From: an uncultured Candidatus Binatia bacterium | Lineage (GTDB): Bacteria > Desulfobacterota > Binatia > Bin18 | Assembly (NCBI GenBank): GCA_965214605.1 | Contig: OZ243961.1 | Location: 2,464,001 to 2,528,000 of the forward strand | DNA length: 64,000 bases | Reading direction: 5' to 3' | In this document: positions 39,463 to 50,683 of the stretch, in pieces | Position numbering within the stretch: the first letter of the stretch is position 1 | Layout of the letters: the number at the start of each line of letters is the position of its first letter | The notes under the pieces: generated by a model | Told to the model about the DNA's origin: nothing | Databases searched by the model: none | The model's input: the letters and a program-made list of their open reading frames with translations, nothing else | Program-made: the position numbers and the translations under genes

Positions 39463-40121
39463 ACCGACTGCGCACTTTGACTGGGATCGAATCCAACTTT
39501 GGTCACGCCAATCATGGCGTCCCGGTCGACGAGTTGGGCCAGCGCTTCTTCGCTCATATGTTCTGTCCCGCTCGGCCGTTCTGGTAGCACCATGTACCGA
39601 ATCTCGGCGCTACTATCCCATACCCGAACAGCGACCGATTCCTCCAGCTCCAGGCCAAACTCGCGCAGCACGCTGCGCGGATCGATCACCACCCGTGAGC
39701 GGTAGGGCGCGCTCTTGAACCAGGTCGGTGGCAAGCCCAAGACCGGCCAGGGGTAACACGAGCACAGCGTACACACAACAACATTATGGATCGTCGGCGT
39801 GTTCTCGACCACGACCATATGTTCGCCCTGTAACCCCCCCAAGCCCAACTCTTCAACGGCGGCGGTGGCATTGCTCAGCAGCCGCTGTTTATAGGCCGGG
39901 TCGGTCCAGGCTCGGGCTACAACCTTGGCACCCTTGAGCGGTCCCAGGTCGTTTTCGTACAGCTCGACGATCTTGTCGAGTGATTCGGTTGCGACCAAAC
40001 CTTTTTGGGTCAACAAAGACTCAAGCGACCTGACCCGTTCTTCCAGGGCTTGGGTCTGCTCGGGCGTGTGGTGTTTTTCGAGTTTGGGATCGGATGGGGC
40101 ATTATGGTGGTCACTGTTCAT
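39459..40121 (-). CDS. nthA: Nitrile hydratase alpha subunit, cobalt type
   Basis: [10 protein letters not shown] metal-binding motif (Thr/Tyr indicates Co type), [18 protein letters not shown]. Confidence 0.96.
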   Translation of the reverse strand: MNSDHHNAPSDPKLEKHHTPEQTQALEERVRSLESLLTQKGLVATESLDKIVELYENDLGPLKGAKVVARAWTDPAYKQRLLSNATAAVEELGLGGLQGEHMVVVENTPTIHNVVVCTLCSCYPWPVLGLPPTWFKSAPYRSRVVIDPRSVLREFGLELEESVAVRVWDSSAEIRYMVLPERPSGTEHMSEEALAQLVDRDAMIGVTKVGFDPSQSAQSV

Positions 40122-40131
40122 GAGACTGTCC

Positions 40132-40791
40132 TCATACGACTTCTAAATGGTCTTCCCATAAATCGATGGACACACTATCGCGGCTTGGCGTGTCAGGACC
40201 CCACAAGGTCTGGGCTTTGAAACAAACCGAATAGAGGGGCTGGGCCTGTTCCCCTCTACCGTGGGCGTTGCTGTCCGGATACACAAAGGTGCCGTGGACG
40301 CGATCAATACGACCTAGCTTACCGCGGACATAGCGTGGCATCCGCGTATGACCGATTGGATTGATATTGCGAGCTCTAACTTGGTCGCCTGGGGCAAAGC
40401 GTGGGGTAAGTTGGCCGCTCTCGCGTTCGGCCGAGACGCCCCGGCGGACGACCTGGGCAACGACCTCGGCCGGCATCGGGTTGGACGTCTCGGCTAGTTT
40501 GCCCTGAAGTCTTCCTGATGCTAACTCTTGGAGGGCGAGCACTTCTTTTTCCACAGTCAGCGTTTCTAGTGCGGCCAGCCAGTGTTCGTAGTAGGTCGAA
40601 GACAGATAGTGGACCGGCTCCATGCGCTCAATGGCGTGCCGAAATTCGTCAATATTGGCCACGCCTCCGAACGACAGCATGGTCAGGGCAAACACCCTCC
40701 TCTCCCACGCGGCGTGAAAGAGAGGCTCGTTGTCTTCTCGCTCGACTGGACCGTAACACATCATACCGCCCATATCGTGTGGACCGTTCAT
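40132..40791 (-). CDS. nthB: Nitrile hydratase beta subunit
   Basis: [41 protein letters not shown]. Confidence 0.95.
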   Translation of the reverse strand: MNGPHDMGGMMCYGPVEREDNEPLFHAAWERRVFALTMLSFGGVANIDEFRHAIERMEPVHYLSSTYYEHWLAALETLTVEKEVLALQELASGRLQGKLAETSNPMPAEVVAQVVRRGVSAERESGQLTPRFAPGDQVRARNINPIGHTRMPRYVRGKLGRIDRVHGTFVYPDSNAHGRGEQAQPLYSVCFKAQTLWGPDTPSRDSVSIDLWEDHLEVV

Positions 40792-41468
40792 ATCCCTACT
40801 CCCTGGAAAAGTGAGCTGAGCCTAGCACCCGTGCGGTATAGGATCAAGTTTTCTCGCGCTTTTTGCTATAACGTAGGCCAAGACTGCAAAAGGAGGAGTG
40901 TACGGTCAACGATTACCCAACGAGCGGACAACAGAGCCATTTCGGTTATGGTAGGCAGAAAGCGGAGAAACCGTCCTGATATGTCACCAAGTAGGCAGCC
41001 TTGAGCGTACAGCCGCAGTCAAACTGAAGCCGCAGGAGCATGGCAGTGCAGCCAATCCCGCCTCCATTGTACTGGTATGTGAATCGGAAGAAACAACGGA
41101 CGAATGGGCCACGGTCATCGTTCCAGAGCAACGGGTCATTTATAAGGTTCTTGATTGGCGCTACACCCTGTGTAGACTGATGTATCGGCTCGTGTTTTCA
41201 GAGCCCGATGTGGGGTGAATGGTCTCGGCATCGAGTATCAAACCCATGCCTATGGAGTGACATGGCTACAAAAGGAGAATTGGGCGGCTGGTGAGACGAA
41301 GCAGATTTCTTGAGATTTGGGCTGTCAAAAATCAAGATAGCAATGAACTATCCCAGCCTGACCTTCAACTGCGAATCCAAGCCAGCCTGGATTGCCCTGT
41401 GCATATGTCGTGGCCTTTCGAGGCTATGGGCTGCTATGCTGACTTAACCCCTGGACGGAGGAATCGTT

Positions 41469-42842
41469 ATGCTTGCTGAAACAACTATCCGAAAGATCCT
41501 AGATCTTGGCCTGAGCCGTGGCGCGGATTTTGCCGAAGTCTTTGTCGAAGAATCCGAAACCTCTTCGATCGATTTCTTGCAACGCAAACTCGACCGGATT
41601 AACTCCAGCAACGCCTTCGGCGTTGGCATCCGTCTGCTGTTTGGTAATGAGTCTGCCTATGGCTACAGCAGTGACGTGTCAGAAGACGCACTATTGCAGC
41701 TGACCTCGAATTTGGCCCGTGAGGCCCAAGCGGGCGGGTCGTCTTCCATCTTTCACAAGGAACAGGTGACCGATCGGCATCCGGTGATGATCGATCCTGC
41801 CAGCGTGTCCAAAAACGAGCGGGTTGAGCTACTGCGCCATCTCGACGGGCTGACCCGCCAAACCGGTGCGGCCATTCGTCAGGTTGGAGCCTCGGTGGCC
41901 GAGAAGCAACGATCGGTTCTAATTGCCAACAGCGAAGGTCTCTGGGTTGAGGATTCCTCGCATTACTCCCGGCTGCGGCTCAGCGCAATTGCTGAAGACG
42001 GCGATGGGCCGCAAACCGCGATGGAAAGTCCCGGAGTGCTGGGTGGCTACGAGTTTTTTCAGAATCTTGATTTAGCTGCCCTAGCCCAGGATGCCGGGCA
42101 ACGGGCTATCCGTATGGCCAGGGCCGGCTATATTGAGGGCGGGATTCTGCCGGTGATTATCGGCAACGGGTTTGGGGGGGTGATCTTCCACGAAGCCTGT
42201 GGACATCCGCTAGAAACCGAAGCCATTCGCAAGAACGCGTCTCCATTTATTGGCAAGGTCGGCGAAACAGTCGCTCCACCCGTCCTCACAGCAATTGACG
42301 ATGGAACGCTTGAGCATCACTGGGGATCTTTAAATATTGATGATGAGGGGGAACCAGCCAAACGGACCGTGCTGATTGAAAACGGCGTACTCAGAGCTTA
42401 TCTAGCCGATCGCATCGGCGCCCGCCAGGTCGGTGTGCCACAGACCGGCTCTGGACGGCGTGAGTCATACAAATTTGCACCAGTATCGCGGATGCGCAAC
42501 ACCTATATCGACAACGGACCACATACCCCTGAGGAGATTATTGCCTCTGTTGAGTATGGTCTGTACGCCAAAAAGATGGGAGGTGGCTCGGTCGATCCTT
42601 CGACCGGAGAGTTCAATTTTGCGGTGCAGGAAGGCTACATCGTTCGGGATGGAAAAATTGCGGAACCAGTGCGTGGAGCAACCCTGATCGGCAAGGGCTA
42701 CGAAATCCTGCCGTGTATTTCGATGGTAGCTAACGATCTAGAGTTTGCCGCCGGCATGTGCGGTGCGTCGAGTGGTTGGGTGCCGACCACGGTTGGCCAG
42801 CCGACGCTGAAAGTCGACTCCATCCTAGTCGGAGGCCGCTAA
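41469..42842 (+). CDS. tldD: TldD metalloprotease
   Basis: FHEACGHPLE (HExxxH), DDEG, GRRESY...SRMRNT, GQPTL. Confidence 0.93.
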   Translation: MLAETTIRKILDLGLSRGADFAEVFVEESETSSIDFLQRKLDRINSSNAFGVGIRLLFGNESAYGYSSDVSEDALLQLTSNLAREAQAGGSSSIFHKEQVTDRHPVMIDPASVSKNERVELLRHLDGLTRQTGAAIRQVGASVAEKQRSVLIANSEGLWVEDSSHYSRLRLSAIAEDGDGPQTAMESPGVLGGYEFFQNLDLAALAQDAGQRAIRMARAGYIEGGILPVIIGNGFGGVIFHEACGHPLETEAIRKNASPFIGKVGETVAPPVLTAIDDGTLEHHWGSLNIDDEGEPAKRTVLIENGVLRAYLADRIGARQVGVPQTGSGRRESYKFAPVSRMRNTYIDNGPHTPEEIIASVEYGLYAKKMGGGSVDPSTGEFNFAVQEGYIVRDGKIAEPVRGATLIGKGYEILPCISMVANDLEFAAGMCGASSGWVPTTVGQPTLKVDSILVGGR

Positions 42843-44182
42843 TGGATCAGCAGGCTGCGGTTGACTATGTCCTGTCTCTGGCTCGCGAGGATGGGGAGCC
42901 CGATGTTGACTTTATTGTCGAGCGGAGCGAACAGTTATCGCTGCGCGTGCTAAACGGCCAGATTGAAAAGGTTGATCAGGCAACCGCACTCGGGCTCGGG
43001 CTCCGGGTCGTCCACCAAGGTCGGACCGGTGTCGCCTCGACTGAACGGTTGGAACCCGCGGCCCTGGAAAAGGCTTTCCGGTCGGCCAAGGAAAACGCCT
43101 TGCTCAACGATCCGACCGAAGTGGTGCTGCCCCAAGCCCCTACCAACATTCCTGATCCCCAGGATCTTGGGCTGTTAAATCCCGCCATTGAGAGGCTGAC
43201 GGTAGGTGAGTTAGGCGCTTTTGCTCTAGAAATTGAATCAACCGCCCGTCAGGCTGACGCGCGGGTGACCGCGGTTCCTTACCTGAGCGTGTCGCGCTCC
43301 AGGTCCGAGTACCGCATCGTATCGACTCACGGAGTTGATTACCAACAGCATCAAAACAGTATCGGAGCCAATTGCCAAGCCTTGCTCGAAGACGGCGACC
43401 GTCGGAAGAGCGGCGGACATATGTGGACCGCTCGGGCTTGGGACCCGAGCCAGAGCACAGTCATTGGCAAAACGGCTGTCCGCAAAGCCGCCGACCTGCT
43501 GACGGCCAGTCCGGTTCCCGGCGGACGAGTGCCGGTCGTGCTCGACGAGTACTGTGCTCCGCAGATACTCGGACTCTACTTAGGGTGTTTCTCGGCCGAA
43601 GCAGCGCAAAAGAGGCAGTCCCGCTTACAGGGTCGGCTAGGTGAGATGATCGCCGACGAGTCGTTAGACCTAACCGCTGAACCCCACCGGGTTGGAGCGG
43701 ACAACTCGCGTTATCTGGACGCTGAAGGTACGCCGACTCGAACCGTCCCGCTTATTGCCAAAGGGCGGTTTGAGGAGTTCATGTATCACATCGAGTCGGC
43801 ACGTCGGGACGGACGTGAATCCAACGGGCACGCTGGGCGGAGTTACAGTACCGGCATTGTGACTTCGGGGCATAATCTGGTGATACCGATAGGCGCACAC
43901 AGCTTGGATGCCTTAATCGGCCTGCCAGAGAAATGTCTGCTGGTGACCGAGCTTGAAGGCGCGGCTGGCTGTAATCCGCTGAGCGGTGATATCTCTATCG
44001 GCGTACAGGGATTTTGGATCGAGAACGGCCAGCGCAAACAGGCTGTTGATAGCGTGACCATTGCCGGTAACTTTTTCGACGTGCTCAAAGCCCTCCGCGC
44101 CCGGGGGAATATCTATCAGCCAAACCTGAGCCGCCTGTTCATTCCAGCCGTGCTAGTCGATGGTCTAGCGGTATCAAGTTAG
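42842..44182 (+). CDS. pmbA: TldE/PmbA family protein
   Basis: GLGLRV..GRTG, DAEG, NPLSGDISIG, TIAGNF; lacks HExxH; TAATG overlap with tldD. Confidence 0.85.
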   Translation: MDQQAAVDYVLSLAREDGEPDVDFIVERSEQLSLRVLNGQIEKVDQATALGLGLRVVHQGRTGVASTERLEPAALEKAFRSAKENALLNDPTEVVLPQAPTNIPDPQDLGLLNPAIERLTVGELGAFALEIESTARQADARVTAVPYLSVSRSRSEYRIVSTHGVDYQQHQNSIGANCQALLEDGDRRKSGGHMWTARAWDPSQSTVIGKTAVRKAADLLTASPVPGGRVPVVLDEYCAPQILGLYLGCFSAEAAQKRQSRLQGRLGEMIADESLDLTAEPHRVGADNSRYLDAEGTPTRTVPLIAKGRFEEFMYHIESARRDGRESNGHAGRSYSTGIVTSGHNLVIPIGAHSLDALIGLPEKCLLVTELEGAAGCNPLSGDISIGVQGFWIENGQRKQAVDSVTIAGNFFDVLKALRARGNIYQPNLSRLFIPAVLVDGLAVSS

Positions 44183-44831
44183 GCGTTTTCTTCATCCAAG
44201 AATTCCCAGGCGTTCCTTCTGAACTGACTTCAGCGCGAGCAGAGGTCCGATACGGATAAGGTTATGGCTCTACCCTATTCACTAGGAGCGGCTTGATTGC
44301 GTTGACCTCTGATAACAGAAGAGCTTCTTGAACTTGGCGATGTCCTTACTGAGGCTTTCCCAGTCCGCCAGGCTCTGAGAAATCGCATACTGGCCAGCTC
44401 TTTACACAAAATTTCCTCCGATACCGGCTGTCCAGCCATTCTTTCTGAATCCCTGTCATCACCACTGCTCACACAAGTTATTTGGTCGGCAGCTTTTGGC
44501 AGCTCTCTGTCAGACGTCAAATTATCTGATTCATGCAGGAAAGATGCAATGTATGGAGGTGAAAACAACGGCTTGTTATGAATTCCAAGAGCTACTAAAA
44601 GGGAAAGACTTGATTCGTCTTCGTATCGGTACGTTTTGGTAAGCGATTCGACGACAGGGGTTCTGGGACAATACGAATGGTGATTCTTGACCACCCTGCA
44701 GACTATATACCTGAACTAGTCCATCTTGATATCCCAAGACTCATAGAAAGGGTTGGCGCAAGCTCGGGTCTGCGGGAAGTTCAAGTCTCCAACCTGAAGG
44801 AATTCCTTTTATCTCCTGCGAGGAGCGCAGT

Positions 44832-45638
44832 ATGAGCAACTTCTTTACCGGTCCGCTCCCACGGCTGTTCGCCCACCGGGGCGCTAGCGGCGAGGCCCCA
44901 GAAAATACCCTGACGGCGTTTCAGCGGGCCACCGCTCTAGGTATTGTTTATATAGAACTTGATGTTCATCTGAGCCGGGATGGTCACGTAGTGGTTATTC
45001 ATGACGAGACCTTAGAGCGTACGACCAACGGACATGGGCTGGTCAGGGAGCACAGCTTGGCCGAGTTGCAAGAGCTCGACGCTGGCTACCACTTTACCTT
45101 CGATGCCGGCAAAACGTTTCCGTTTCGGGGTCAAGGCGTGGCAATCTCCACCCTCGCCGACGTACTGCGCCGCTTCCCACACGTCCGATTTACGGTTGAA
45201 ATCAAACAAAAAGAGCCGCCGATAGAAGAGCAGGTGATCGCCGTAGTGCGGGAATGTGGTATGGCCGACACGCTCGTCCTTAGCTCGGAGCATGACTCGG
45301 TTGTAGCTGGCGTCCGAAGCCTGGCCTCAGATATTGCCACCAACTGCTCGGCGGGAGAGGTGCTAGCTTTTATGCAGCGAATCTCTACCCAGCAGCTCGG
45401 CGACTACCACCCGCCTAGCCGGGCGTTTCAGATCCCGCCCAAATACGAGGGGATTGACCTTGTCACCCCCCAGACTGTTGCGGCTATCCACGAACTTGGA
45501 GCAGAAGTTCACGTGTGGACGATTAATGATCGCCAGGAGATGGAACGCTTATTCGGGCTTGGTGTAGATGGGATGATGTCCGACTTTCCGAGCCGCCTGT
45601 TAGAGGTAGCTCATCAGCGGGGAGCCCGGCCCGAGTAG
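44832..45638 (+). CDS. Glycerophosphodiester phosphodiesterase
   Basis: AHRGA...PENT, ELDVH.SRDG..VVIHD, EIK, VHVWTIN, SDFP. Confidence 0.93.
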   Translation: MSNFFTGPLPRLFAHRGASGEAPENTLTAFQRATALGIVYIELDVHLSRDGHVVVIHDETLERTTNGHGLVREHSLAELQELDAGYHFTFDAGKTFPFRGQGVAISTLADVLRRFPHVRFTVEIKQKEPPIEEQVIAVVRECGMADTLVLSSEHDSVVAGVRSLASDIATNCSAGEVLAFMQRISTQQLGDYHPPSRAFQIPPKYEGIDLVTPQTVAAIHELGAEVHVWTINDRQEMERLFGLGVDGMMSDFPSRLLEVAHQRGARPE

Positions 45639-45664
45639 GTGGCATGCCGCCCGGTTTATGCTCT

Positions 45665-46495
45665 TCATACCTTAGGCATCACCTCAGCCGCAAATTTATC
45701 AATACCGTGCCGATAAGTCTCGGCGTTCTCATAGCGGCCCAAACCTAACACATAATAGTCAGCTCCGGCTTCCTTGACCATGTGGATCCGGTCGAGCATC
45801 GCTACCGGATCTTCACGGATCATACCACCAGTGATGATCTCCGGTGCGGTACGCCCACGTTTTTCTGCTTCCTCAGCCAGATAGGTTTTGACTTCGGTCA
45901 GTTCGGGCGGTTTGAGGCCAATCGGGTAATACCCATCTCCAAACCGTAAGGTCCGCTCCAGAGCCTTTGGTCCGACGCCACCAACCCAAATCGGTGGTCG
46001 AGTCGGACGGGGGGCAAACACAAACTCGGGAAATTTGACGTGCGTGCCGGTATACGAGCTCACATCGTTAGCAAACAGCTTGTGAATGACTTCGAGCGTT
46101 TCGTTGGTCAGCGCGCCCCGTTTGCGCGGATCAACACCCAGGGCTTCAAACTCTTGCCTCAACCAACCGACCCCCGCTCCCAGAATAACCCGATCATCGG
46201 ACAGCTCCTGGAGGGTAGCCAGCTGTTTGGCGGTCAGCACGGCCGGGCGATAGGGCAGGACCAGCACCGAAATCCCGATCCTAATACGCTCGGTGATTCC
46301 GGCAAGATAGCCGAGTGTCATGAGGGGATCAAAATAGCGACCACCCGAACCCTCGGTTTGATCGGGCGGAATAGCTAGGTGGTCGACCACAAAGGCCGCA
46401 TCAAAGCCTGCCTGTTCTGCTGCCCTGGCGCAGTCGCCGATGATCTGTTTGGTCGCCTGGGGACCCATATTGCGAATAACCACGCCAATTTTCAT
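45665..46495 (-). CDS. LLM class (probably F420-dependent) oxidoreductase
   Basis: DH, VLVLPYR, GVGW..EF.ALGV, PPIWVGG; ATGA overlap with leuD. Confidence 0.88.
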   Translation of the reverse strand: MKIGVVIRNMGPQATKQIIGDCARAAEQAGFDAAFVVDHLAIPPDQTEGSGGRYFDPLMTLGYLAGITERIRIGISVLVLPYRPAVLTAKQLATLQELSDDRVILGAGVGWLRQEFEALGVDPRKRGALTNETLEVIHKLFANDVSSYTGTHVKFPEFVFAPRPTRPPIWVGGVGPKALERTLRFGDGYYPIGLKPPELTEVKTYLAEEAEKRGRTAPEIITGGMIREDPVAMLDRIHMVKEAGADYYVLGLGRYENAETYRHGIDKFAAEVMPKV

Positions 46496-47115
46496 TCTAT
46501 ATCCTCCAAAAACAACCACGGTGCTTCCCGCCTGCGTCGTTGCTCATAGGTCGTGATATCGGCTTCGTTCTGTAGGGTGAGGCCAATCTCATCCAGCCCA
46601 TTCAGCAAACAGTCCTTGCGAAACGGATCAACCTCAAACTGGAAGGTCGTTCCGGACGGGGTTGTCACACTCTGGACGGCTAGATCAACACTCAGCTCAT
46701 AGCCCGGTATGAGCTCAATCTCTTTGATGAGTTGAGCAACCTCATCGGCTTTGAGTACGATCGGCAGCATACCATTCTTGAAGCAGTTATTAAAAAATAT
46801 ATCGGCGAAACTGGGCGCAATCACACATCGCAGTCCATAGTCGAGCAAGGCCCAGGGAGCGTGCTCGCGCGACGAGCCGCAGCCAAAATTGTCGCCTGCG
46901 ACCAAAATGACGGCATTCTGGTAGCGCGGCTGGTTCATAAAAAATCCGGTATCTGTTTCGCCACTGCTCGTATAGCGCCAATCTGAAAACAGCCCTTCGC
47001 GTAATCCAGTGCGTTTGATAGTTTTCAGATACTGCTTGGGGATGATCTGGTCGGTATCGACATTAACCCGGTCCAGCGGGGCGGCTAGCCCTTTGACAAC
47101 GGTGAATTTATCCAT
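46492..47115 (-). CDS. leuD: 3-isopropylmalate dehydratase small subunit
   Basis: [40 protein letters not shown]. Confidence 0.97.
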   Translation of the reverse strand: MDKFTVVKGLAAPLDRVNVDTDQIIPKQYLKTIKRTGLREGLFSDWRYTSSGETDTGFFMNQPRYQNAVILVAGDNFGCGSSREHAPWALLDYGLRCVIAPSFADIFFNNCFKNGMLPIVLKADEVAQLIKEIELIPGYELSVDLAVQSVTTPSGTTFQFEVDPFRKDCLLNGLDEIGLTLQNEADITTYEQRRRREAPWLFLEDIE

Positions 47116-47164
47116 AACGTTTTCCTCATACGCAGTCAGTCCTGTATGGACAGGCCGGGCTCGT

Positions 47165-48568
47165 TCAACTCCAGGTCCGAATATCAACGAAATGCCCGGC
47201 CACCGCAGCCGCGGCGGCCATTGTCGGCGACACCAAGTGGGTGCGGCCGCCTTTGCCCTGGCGGCCCTCAAAATTCCGGTTGCTAGTCGAGGCGCAGCGC
47301 TCCCCAGGCTGGAGGACGTCCGCATTCATGGCCAAACACATGGAGCAACCGGCCTCGCGCCACTCAAAACCGGCCTGCTTAAAGATCTGATCCAGGCCTT
47401 CCTCTTCGGCCTGTTTCTTGACCAGCCCCGACCCCGGTACCACCAGAGCGTGAACGGTTGAAGCGACCTGTTTGCCCTTGATGCACGCGGCTGCGGTACG
47501 CAAATCTTCGATCCGTGAGTTGGTACACGAACCGATAAACACCTTATCAATCGTGATGGCGGTGATTGGCGTGCCGGTCTTGAGGTCCATATAGGCTAGC
47601 GCGCGTTCGGTGGCCTCTTGCATTTCCGGCGTGGGCATGTCCTTGGGGTCGGGCACGGTACTGGTGATGTTGGTCACCATACCGGGGTTAGTCCCCCAGG
47701 TGACCTGGGGCAAGATGTCTTCGGCCCGCAGAGCGACGCTGCTGGTGAAGCTCGCCCCCGGGTCGGACGGCAGCTGTTTCCAGGCCGCAACCGCTCGGTC
47801 GAACAGGTCGCCCTGGGGTGCTAGCGGCCGGCCGCGCAGATAGTCGTACGTCTTTTGGTCAGGTGCGACCATACCTGCCCGGGCCCCGGCCTCAATCGAC
47901 ATATTGCACAACGTCATGCGGCCTTCCATTGACAGTGATTCGATGGCCGAGCCCCGATATTCAATCACATGACCAGTGCCGCCGGCTGTCCCAATCTTGC
48001 CAATCACGGCTAGGATAATGTCTTTGGCCGTACAGCCCTGGGGCAGTGTTCCCTCAACCTGGACGGCCATGGTCTTGGCCCGTTTTTGGACCAAACACTG
48101 GGTAGCCAAGACATGCTCAACCTCACTGGTCCCGATACCGAACGCCAGCGCCCCAAACGCTCCGTGGGTCGCCGTATGCGAGTCGCCACATACAATCGTC
48201 GTGCCTGGCAGAGTAAAACCCTGCTCGGGGCCGATCACATGGACGATACCTTGGCGGACGTCGTTCATGGAGAACAGCGGCATATCGGTGACCCGGCAGT
48301 TCGCTACCAGGGTCTCGACCTGTTTGGCGCTCACTCGATCTTCGATCGGTTTGTCACGATCCGTCGTCGGCACATTGTGATCGGGAACAGCCAGGGCAGC
48401 TTTGGGCCGTCGTAGGCTCCGTCCGGCAAGCTGTAGACCCTCAAACGCTTGGGGTGAGGTCACTTCATGGATTAGATGGCGGTCGATGTATAGCAACGCC
48501 GTCCCATCCGTTTCTGTGCGGACGAGGTGTGCGTCCCAAATTTTTTCAAACATGGTCTTGGCAGCCAT
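47165..48568 (-). CDS. leuC: 3-isopropylmalate dehydratase large subunit
   Basis: [42 protein letters not shown]. Confidence 0.98.
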   Translation of the reverse strand: MAAKTMFEKIWDAHLVRTETDGTALLYIDRHLIHEVTSPQAFEGLQLAGRSLRRPKAALAVPDHNVPTTDRDKPIEDRVSAKQVETLVANCRVTDMPLFSMNDVRQGIVHVIGPEQGFTLPGTTIVCGDSHTATHGAFGALAFGIGTSEVEHVLATQCLVQKRAKTMAVQVEGTLPQGCTAKDIILAVIGKIGTAGGTGHVIEYRGSAIESLSMEGRMTLCNMSIEAGARAGMVAPDQKTYDYLRGRPLAPQGDLFDRAVAAWKQLPSDPGASFTSSVALRAEDILPQVTWGTNPGMVTNITSTVPDPKDMPTPEMQEATERALAYMDLKTGTPITAITIDKVFIGSCTNSRIEDLRTAAACIKGKQVASTVHALVVPGSGLVKKQAEEEGLDQIFKQAGFEWREAGCSMCLAMNADVLQPGERCASTSNRNFEGRQGKGGRTHLVSPTMAAAAAVAGHFVDIRTWS

Positions 48569-48697
48569 TTGCTACTCCTTTACCTCCTAGGCGCATATGT
48601 CTCACTCCCGCAAATATACTATCGATCGGCAAAATGGAAGCAGATGGAAGCGAGCCGCAAGCTGTGATAGATTGATAGTCTGACAAAGGAGAAGCTG

Positions 48698-49558
48698 ATG
48701 AATCAGTGGACGATCGAAGTCACGGATCGGGATTTTGAACAACAGGTTATAGAACGCTCACACGCCGTACCCGTGGTAGTGGATTTTTGGGCGCCGTGGT
48801 GTGGTCCGTGTCGGGCGATTGGACCAGTACTCGAACAGCTGGCCGAAGAGCAGGACGGCAAGTTTGTGTTGGCCAAGATTAACGTTGACGAAAACCCGAT
48901 GGTGGCCCAGGCATTTGCGATCCAGAGCATTCCGGCCGTCAAAGCGATCCGGAATGGAGCCATTGCCGGAGAGTTTCTTGGCGCTCAGCCGGAGCCGGCC
49001 ATTCGCCAGTTTGTAGCAGGCCTGCTGCCGTCCGAGGCAGAAAGTTTGGCCCGTGAGGGCGTGCGACTGGCCGAAGAAGGCAAAGCGCAAGGCGCCGAGA
49101 GCCTGTATCGGGCGGCGCTTTCAAAGGAAGAAAACCAGCCCCTGGCCTTGCTCGGGTTGAGCCGCTTGCTGGTTGAGCGTGGAGATGTCGCCGACGCCCT
49201 AGCGCTGCTAGGCAAGATCCCGCTCAACGCTCCGGAATCGGACGCCGCCCAGCAGCTGATGTCCCAGATTCATCTCAAACAGGGCGGGGAGAATGTGGGC
49301 CATGAACAAGAGTATCGAGATAAGCTAGAAGCGAATCCCAACGATCTGAATACTCGGTTTGAGTTAGCCCAAGCCTTAGCCGCCTCGGGCAAATACAGGG
49401 AAGCGTTGACCGAGTACCTAGAAGTGGTGAAAAAAGACCGTGCGTTTCGGGACGACGGTGCGCGCAAAGCAATGTTAGAGGTGTTTGACGTGGTTGGACC
49501 GCGGAGCGAGTTGGCCGAGCATTTCCGGTCCGAGTTGGCCAAGGTGTTGTTTCGGTAG
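48698..49558 (+). CDS. Thioredoxin-TPR co-chaperone (YbbN/CnoX-like)
   Basis: DFWAPWCGPC followed by helical TPR-like region ending DDGARK...LAKVLF. Confidence 0.88.
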   Translation: MNQWTIEVTDRDFEQQVIERSHAVPVVVDFWAPWCGPCRAIGPVLEQLAEEQDGKFVLAKINVDENPMVAQAFAIQSIPAVKAIRNGAIAGEFLGAQPEPAIRQFVAGLLPSEAESLAREGVRLAEEGKAQGAESLYRAALSKEENQPLALLGLSRLLVERGDVADALALLGKIPLNAPESDAAQQLMSQIHLKQGGENVGHEQEYRDKLEANPNDLNTRFELAQALAASGKYREALTEYLEVVKKDRAFRDDGARKAMLEVFDVVGPRSELAEHFRSELAKVLFR

Positions 49559-49800
49559 ACCCTAAACCGTTGCCGAAGCGTCCACCTCAATGACTGGATA
49601 ATTTCCAGAGCAGGGCACTGATAGTGGCGAATATGATGAAAGCGCCGGCTGGTGCTATCCCGTATACGTCGTCACGACGAAGTTTTCTCTTGATCTGAGA
49701 AATAAGCTTCAGAATTGTCCGATTCTGCCTTGGGACACCAGTTGCCAGAAGAACGATATTCTGTTCTGTGTCTCTGCCTGCTATAGCTTTGGACAAGCTC

Positions 49801-50679
49801 CTACGTCAGCGCCCACTCTTCTCCGACGTGTTTCACCGCCCCCTCCTTTTCCAGCTTGATCAGGTGGGAGCGGACCGAGCCAGCCGCAGCCTGGTGCAGG
49901 AATTCGGGCACGTCAACGTAGATACGCTTGACCATGGCCGGAATCTCACTCAGTCCGGTCTGTAGGGCTTCCAGCACTTGCTGTTCGCGTAGCTCTCTGT
50001 GGGCAATATACTCGTTCAGCTTTTTATATGGCTCACGGATGGCAGGGCCGTGGGCTGGATAAATGATCGACAGATCAAGGGCCAGGAGTTTCCGCAGCGA
50101 AGGCAGATATTCGATGAGGCCTCCACCCTCTTCCGGGATTACAGTCGTGCCCGCTCCGAGGACCAGGTCGCCCGTGAATAAGGCTTTCTCTTCTTCCAGG
50201 TAGTAGCACAGATGATCCTTGGCATGGCCCGGAGTATGAATCGCTCGCAGCGTGGCCCCGTCGGTCTCAATCATGGCCCCGTCTTCGATATAGCTCAGCG
50301 GAAAGTCGTGGACCTCATCTTTCCCCGGCCAGGCTTTTTTAGATACCTGTAACTCACCAAACTGTGCCCGCACGTGCGGTGTACCGCCGATATGATCCTG
50401 GTGCACGTGGGTAATGATGATTTCTTGCAGCTCGGTGGCGCCGTTCTTAGTCTCGGCTAAACCCTGCTTGAGCAGGGGGTTATACACATTCAGCCCGACA
50501 CCGGTATCAAGCAGAATTGGTCTCTTGCCTTTGCCGACCAGGTAGGTGTTGGTGCCGGGACCGGTGAACGGACCGGGATTCTGGCCCAGCACGGTCGAGA
50601 CCCAGTCACTCCAGATATCGAAATTGGGCAGGTTCAGTCCAGCCATCGTATCGGTCACAATACGGGTCGGTCGTGTCAT
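49801..50679 (-). CDS. MBL-fold metallo-hydrolase (LACTB2-like)
   Basis: NPGPFTGPGTNTY, THVHQDH, TPGH, PAHG. Confidence 0.88.
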   Translation of the reverse strand: MTRPTRIVTDTMAGLNLPNFDIWSDWVSTVLGQNPGPFTGPGTNTYLVGKGKRPILLDTGVGLNVYNPLLKQGLAETKNGATELQEIIITHVHQDHIGGTPHVRAQFGELQVSKKAWPGKDEVHDFPLSYIEDGAMIETDGATLRAIHTPGHAKDHLCYYLEEEKALFTGDLVLGAGTTVIPEEGGGLIEYLPSLRKLLALDLSIIYPAHGPAIREPYKKLNEYIAHRELREQQVLEALQTGLSEIPAMVKRIYVDVPEFLHQAAAGSVRSHLIKLEKEGAVKHVGEEWALT

Positions 50680-50683
50680 GAAT

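Noticed and set aside
41469-44182. TldDE as part of a RiPP cluster
   Set aside because: No precursor, YcaO or other maturase nearby; tldDE are widespread housekeeping genes
46492-47325. 277-aa LeuD overlapping leuC
   Set aside because: Homology begins at MDKF (47115) with an RBS; the extension is spurious
49587-49796. 69-aa ORF with a hydrophobic C-terminus
   Set aside because: No RBS or recognisable motif; cannot be supported
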